From: Macrostomum lignano
Taxonomy: Eukaryota
Direction of reading: 5' to 3'
NCBI GenBank assembly: GCA_002269645.1
Contig: NIVC01001229.1
Coordinates: 1 to 30,197 of the forward strand
Length of the DNA: 30,197 nucleotides
The position numbers and the translations under genes were made by a program. Position 1 is the stretch's first letter; each line of letters begins with the position of its first letter. This document shows, in pieces, positions 27,142-30,197 of this stretch. The notes beneath the pieces were generated by a model, which saw only the letters and a list, made by a program, of their open reading frames with translations, did not search any database and had not been told where the DNA came from.

Positions 27142-29291
27142 CCATACTTAGGAAGGTGTACATTATGGCGGAAAATTCCGGCGCATATCAACAAAAAATA
27201 TGCGCAATGTGGCGCATACGGCATATAACAAAGGCTTAGCAGAAGTTTTTAGCACACAGTGGCACACAGCAAAACCTGATTAGAAAAATTTAGCTCACAT
27301 TAAATCACCTAAATGTATAATCTGCATATGCAGTGCATAAATTATGCTTTAAGATTACGTTTTTACGAAACTCTGAAGCTGTGGGGGTTTTGATTTGGTC
27401 GTTCTAGCCGTTCAAATCGGTGCACTTTGTTGTTTCCAACAAAACTTAACAAAGATTTCGGCTTGCAGATGGCAGGGAGCTCTGCTGCTAAGATCCTCAG
27501 GCTCAGGGGGGGGGGTAGCTGTGGTTATGGCTGAGCAGTCTAGTTTGCCGACGTTTAGAATGCCAAATGCAGAGATTTATAGCTGAATAGAAGGCTCTTT
27601 AAAATAAGCTAATTCGTCGAGAGTGATTACTAAAAGTAGTAGGTCGCTACCTCCACCGCGATTGTATGTGGGAAAGCTCTAAAGCTTGAAACTGGCTTGA
27701 GTTTGCTCTAGCGCTTCTCAGAAGACCTCTAAGGTCTAAACACCGTTTCACACACAATAAAGTCAGGCTGAGAATAAATAATGGCCAAAGCTGGATAACT
27801 AGATTATTATTAAAACTTAGGTTGCACACACTATAAGCAATGATTAAAACTTAGATGTTGCTGTCAAACTGTTAAATTGAAAAGGCGAGGAGCTGGTCGG
27901 GTCGGGAGGTTGGGCTTACAAAATACAGGGCCTCTCATAATGGTCTAAGTAGGGTCTACTGGAATCCTCAGGAGTTCGGGCAAAGGCCACGAAAGTCTGG
28001 CTGGGAAAGGCAGGGCGCAGACTCAAATTAGGCTCTCAGGAACCACTAGGAGAAAGCGGGTTACCCCGGGTGAGAAGAGAGTTACATGCAAAGGAAAAGA
28101 TTGGGTACACTGGGTGGTCCCTATTGCAGCGCATGGCTTAAGTACGCCAGACGCCTACACAACCTGCGCCACGCTGTGAAATGACTTACCTGTGCAAGAA
28201 ACCCTAAAGCAAAATTAACACAGTTTTGGGTAAACGGCAGGAGTAACTATGAATGTCTTATCAAGCCTAAATGCCTTGGCATCTAATTAGTACTACGCCC
28301 GTATTCTATGGGGTGGCATTTTTGCAACTTACCCCTGGTCCACCACCAATGCTGCGCCGCGCAGGCTGATCCGCGCCGGACGCCGTCCGCCAAAATGCCC
28401 ATGCGCTGCAATCAGGCGGGTGGTGATGAAAATAGCACCAGGTGGACCCCAGGGAAAGGCATGGAAAAACAAAATTTTGCCAGGGGGTAGGATTCGAGTT
28501 AGGACTCAAGTTACATTGAGTGTCACAGATTTACACACTGGGAATGATGGTTCATTGAGTCATCCAGCCAGTGGATTACGCGCAGTGGGAGGCTGTTCCT
28601 CCCAAAATTGTTTGTTGGTAAGTGTAACAGGTAGGATTTTGTATCCATCCTGCCTGCACCTTCTGCTCACATCGGATAACAAAGAATTGAACTCGAAGCA
28701 TGGTTTTCTGGGCCAGGCTGCTGCGGCCTACAGCCCAGCCAAGGCAATGGCCATGCCTTTAGGCCCGCAGATGCGGGCAAGAGGAAAGTGAAGCGAGCGC
28801 CTCCACTGTCTCTCCTTTTATTTAAAACACTGCAGAACAGGCACGTGGGAACGTAAACTCTTATAGGCTACATAGAACAAAATGTGAATTACGCGGCAAG
28901 TTTTAGGTGCAGCCGTCCTTTGCAAATATGACTGCATTCTATGCAGCTCATAGTAAGTAAAATGAATAATAAAATTCAAAATTGGATTTTAATGTAAAGT
29001 TAGAGCTATTTCTTTTAAAAATTCTCTATGTAAGCTAAAATAAAGCAAAAGGTTGAGTTGGAAAAAAGCCTACATAATGTATGAATATTTATCCATTTTT
29101 TAGTTTTGTTTTACTTGGACTTTTACCAAGCTTTTAGTGCTACGGCATATTAGTACTCTAGCTATGTATTTGTCAATAAACAAATGTAGACCTCGGCGCA
29201 AAAATTCATATTTTAGCTTCGCGCATAGTGCACACTCCAAAAATACGCTGAAATATATTCTTGCGCACATGTGACATCTTCCTAAGTATGG
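27142..29291. mobile_element. 2150-bp non-autonomous DNA transposon with 14-bp TIR CCATACTTAGGAAG and 8-bp TSD ATGCTAGG
   Basis: TIRs at 27142-27155 and 29278-29291 are perfect reverse complements; ATGCTAGG flanks both sides directly (27134-27141 and 29292-29299). No recognisable transposase inside. Confidence 0.88.
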
Positions 29292-29557
29292 ATGCTAGGT
29301 ATATTTTCTTAGGAGTAATGCACCAACTGTGCATGTCTACTTTTGGTATGCAAGGCTAATGCATGCCCTAAATTTTTGGATGTATACTAAATGATCCAAA
29401 GTGTGGAAGTCAAGATCATGTAATATTTATACTTGAAAATTTTAATATTTAAGAAAAGGAATACTAAAAAATAGTGAATTTTTACTAAACCGAAAAAACT
29501 TTTTAACTACTATTGTTTTATTTTTATTTCTTAAAAAATTTAAACAATTACTTTTTC

Positions 29558-29633
29558 AAAAGGCTAAGAGCTAATATTTAGTATGATTTTGTTCTAAAAG
29601 GCTAAGAGCTAATATTTAGTATGATTTTGTTCT
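29558..29633. repeat. Perfect 38-nt tandem duplication AAAAGGCTAAGAGCTAATATTTAGTATGATTTTGTTCT x2
   Basis: Directly visible. Confidence 0.95.
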
Positions 29634-29644
29634 AACTTAAAGAT

Positions 29645-29686
29645 ACCATTGGGGTCCAATGGACACCAAAATCTTTCAAGGGTTAA
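29645..29686. mobile_element. Possible piggyBac-like right terminus (...GGGGTCCAATGGACACC...TTCAAGGG|TTAA)
   Basis: GGG followed by TTAA, preceded by a GGGTCC..GGACAC quasi-palindrome; no matching left end found. Confidence 0.3.
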
Positions 29687-30197
29687 ATGGAAAATTACTG
29701 ACTTTTGTATTTTTTTTCAAAAGTTGCAGTACATAGTGTCCACACTCCAGATCATGTAGTATATGCCAAAAATTCGGGTGTGCATTGGCCATGCACGCCA
29801 AAATGAGCGTGCATAGTTGGCGTGCATCACTCCTGAGAAAATAGGATGCTTGCACACCTAGTATGCACTTTATAGACTCACGCGTAAGAGTTAATGTAAA
29901 GTGAGAAAAAAGTGAAAAAAAAACTTTTTTTAAGCGCAAATTTCAAGCTTTCCGGTTTTTTCAAGCTTGTAAAAGAGAATTTAAACAAATCTTATTGTGT
30001 ATTAATCTTCCGCTCTAAATAGTATCGCCGAAAAAGCATAAAAAGCAACCAAATTATCTGGTAAGAAGGGTCTATTATGCAATTTAAAAAAAGTATTTAT
30101 TGTCACAATGTAAAAAGGTCATTTATTGTCACAACACCGGCGTATTTTTGAGAATGGGCATGCACTACATTTTTTTTAGAGTGCATTTGTAATTATT

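Noticed and set aside
28308-28490. GC-rich imperfect inverted repeat (CCCCTGGTCCACC / GGTGGACCCCAGGG) as an ncRNA or MITE
   Set aside because: The stem is short and gapped, with no TSD and no recognisable RNA family features.

Overview
Eukaryotic (animal, probably invertebrate) genomic DNA. No prokaryotic operons, CRISPR arrays, rRNA or tRNA were recognised. The left 12.4 kb holds two convergent intron-containing genes. (1) The 3' part of a NIT-domain, single-pass transmembrane guanylyl cyclase (+ strand, 7 exons seen, 52-5240; its 5' end lies outside the window). (2) The splicing factor PRP38B (- strand, 4 exons, about 12366-7382). Most long introns are filled by tandem repeats, which generate the long spurious ORFs in the ORF track. 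Both genes carry several single-base deletions, mostly in short homopolymer runs, probably long-read consensus errors. The right 17.8 kb is a transposon graveyard. It contains two complementary, internally deleted relatives of a DDE-like DNA transposon family I cannot assign to a superfamily (TIR TAGGGTGTCCAGTGAG), a Merlin/IS1595 transposase fragment, and a 2.15 kb non-autonomous element with a 14-bp TIR and perfect 8-bp TSD. Older repeat-derived DNA shows strong CpG loss and local TpA excess. Best leads: that hypermutation pattern, the unclassified transposon, the NIT-GC with altered catalytic motifs, and candidate poison exons in PRP38B. All calls come from manual reading, translation and remembered family motifs; no database searches were run.
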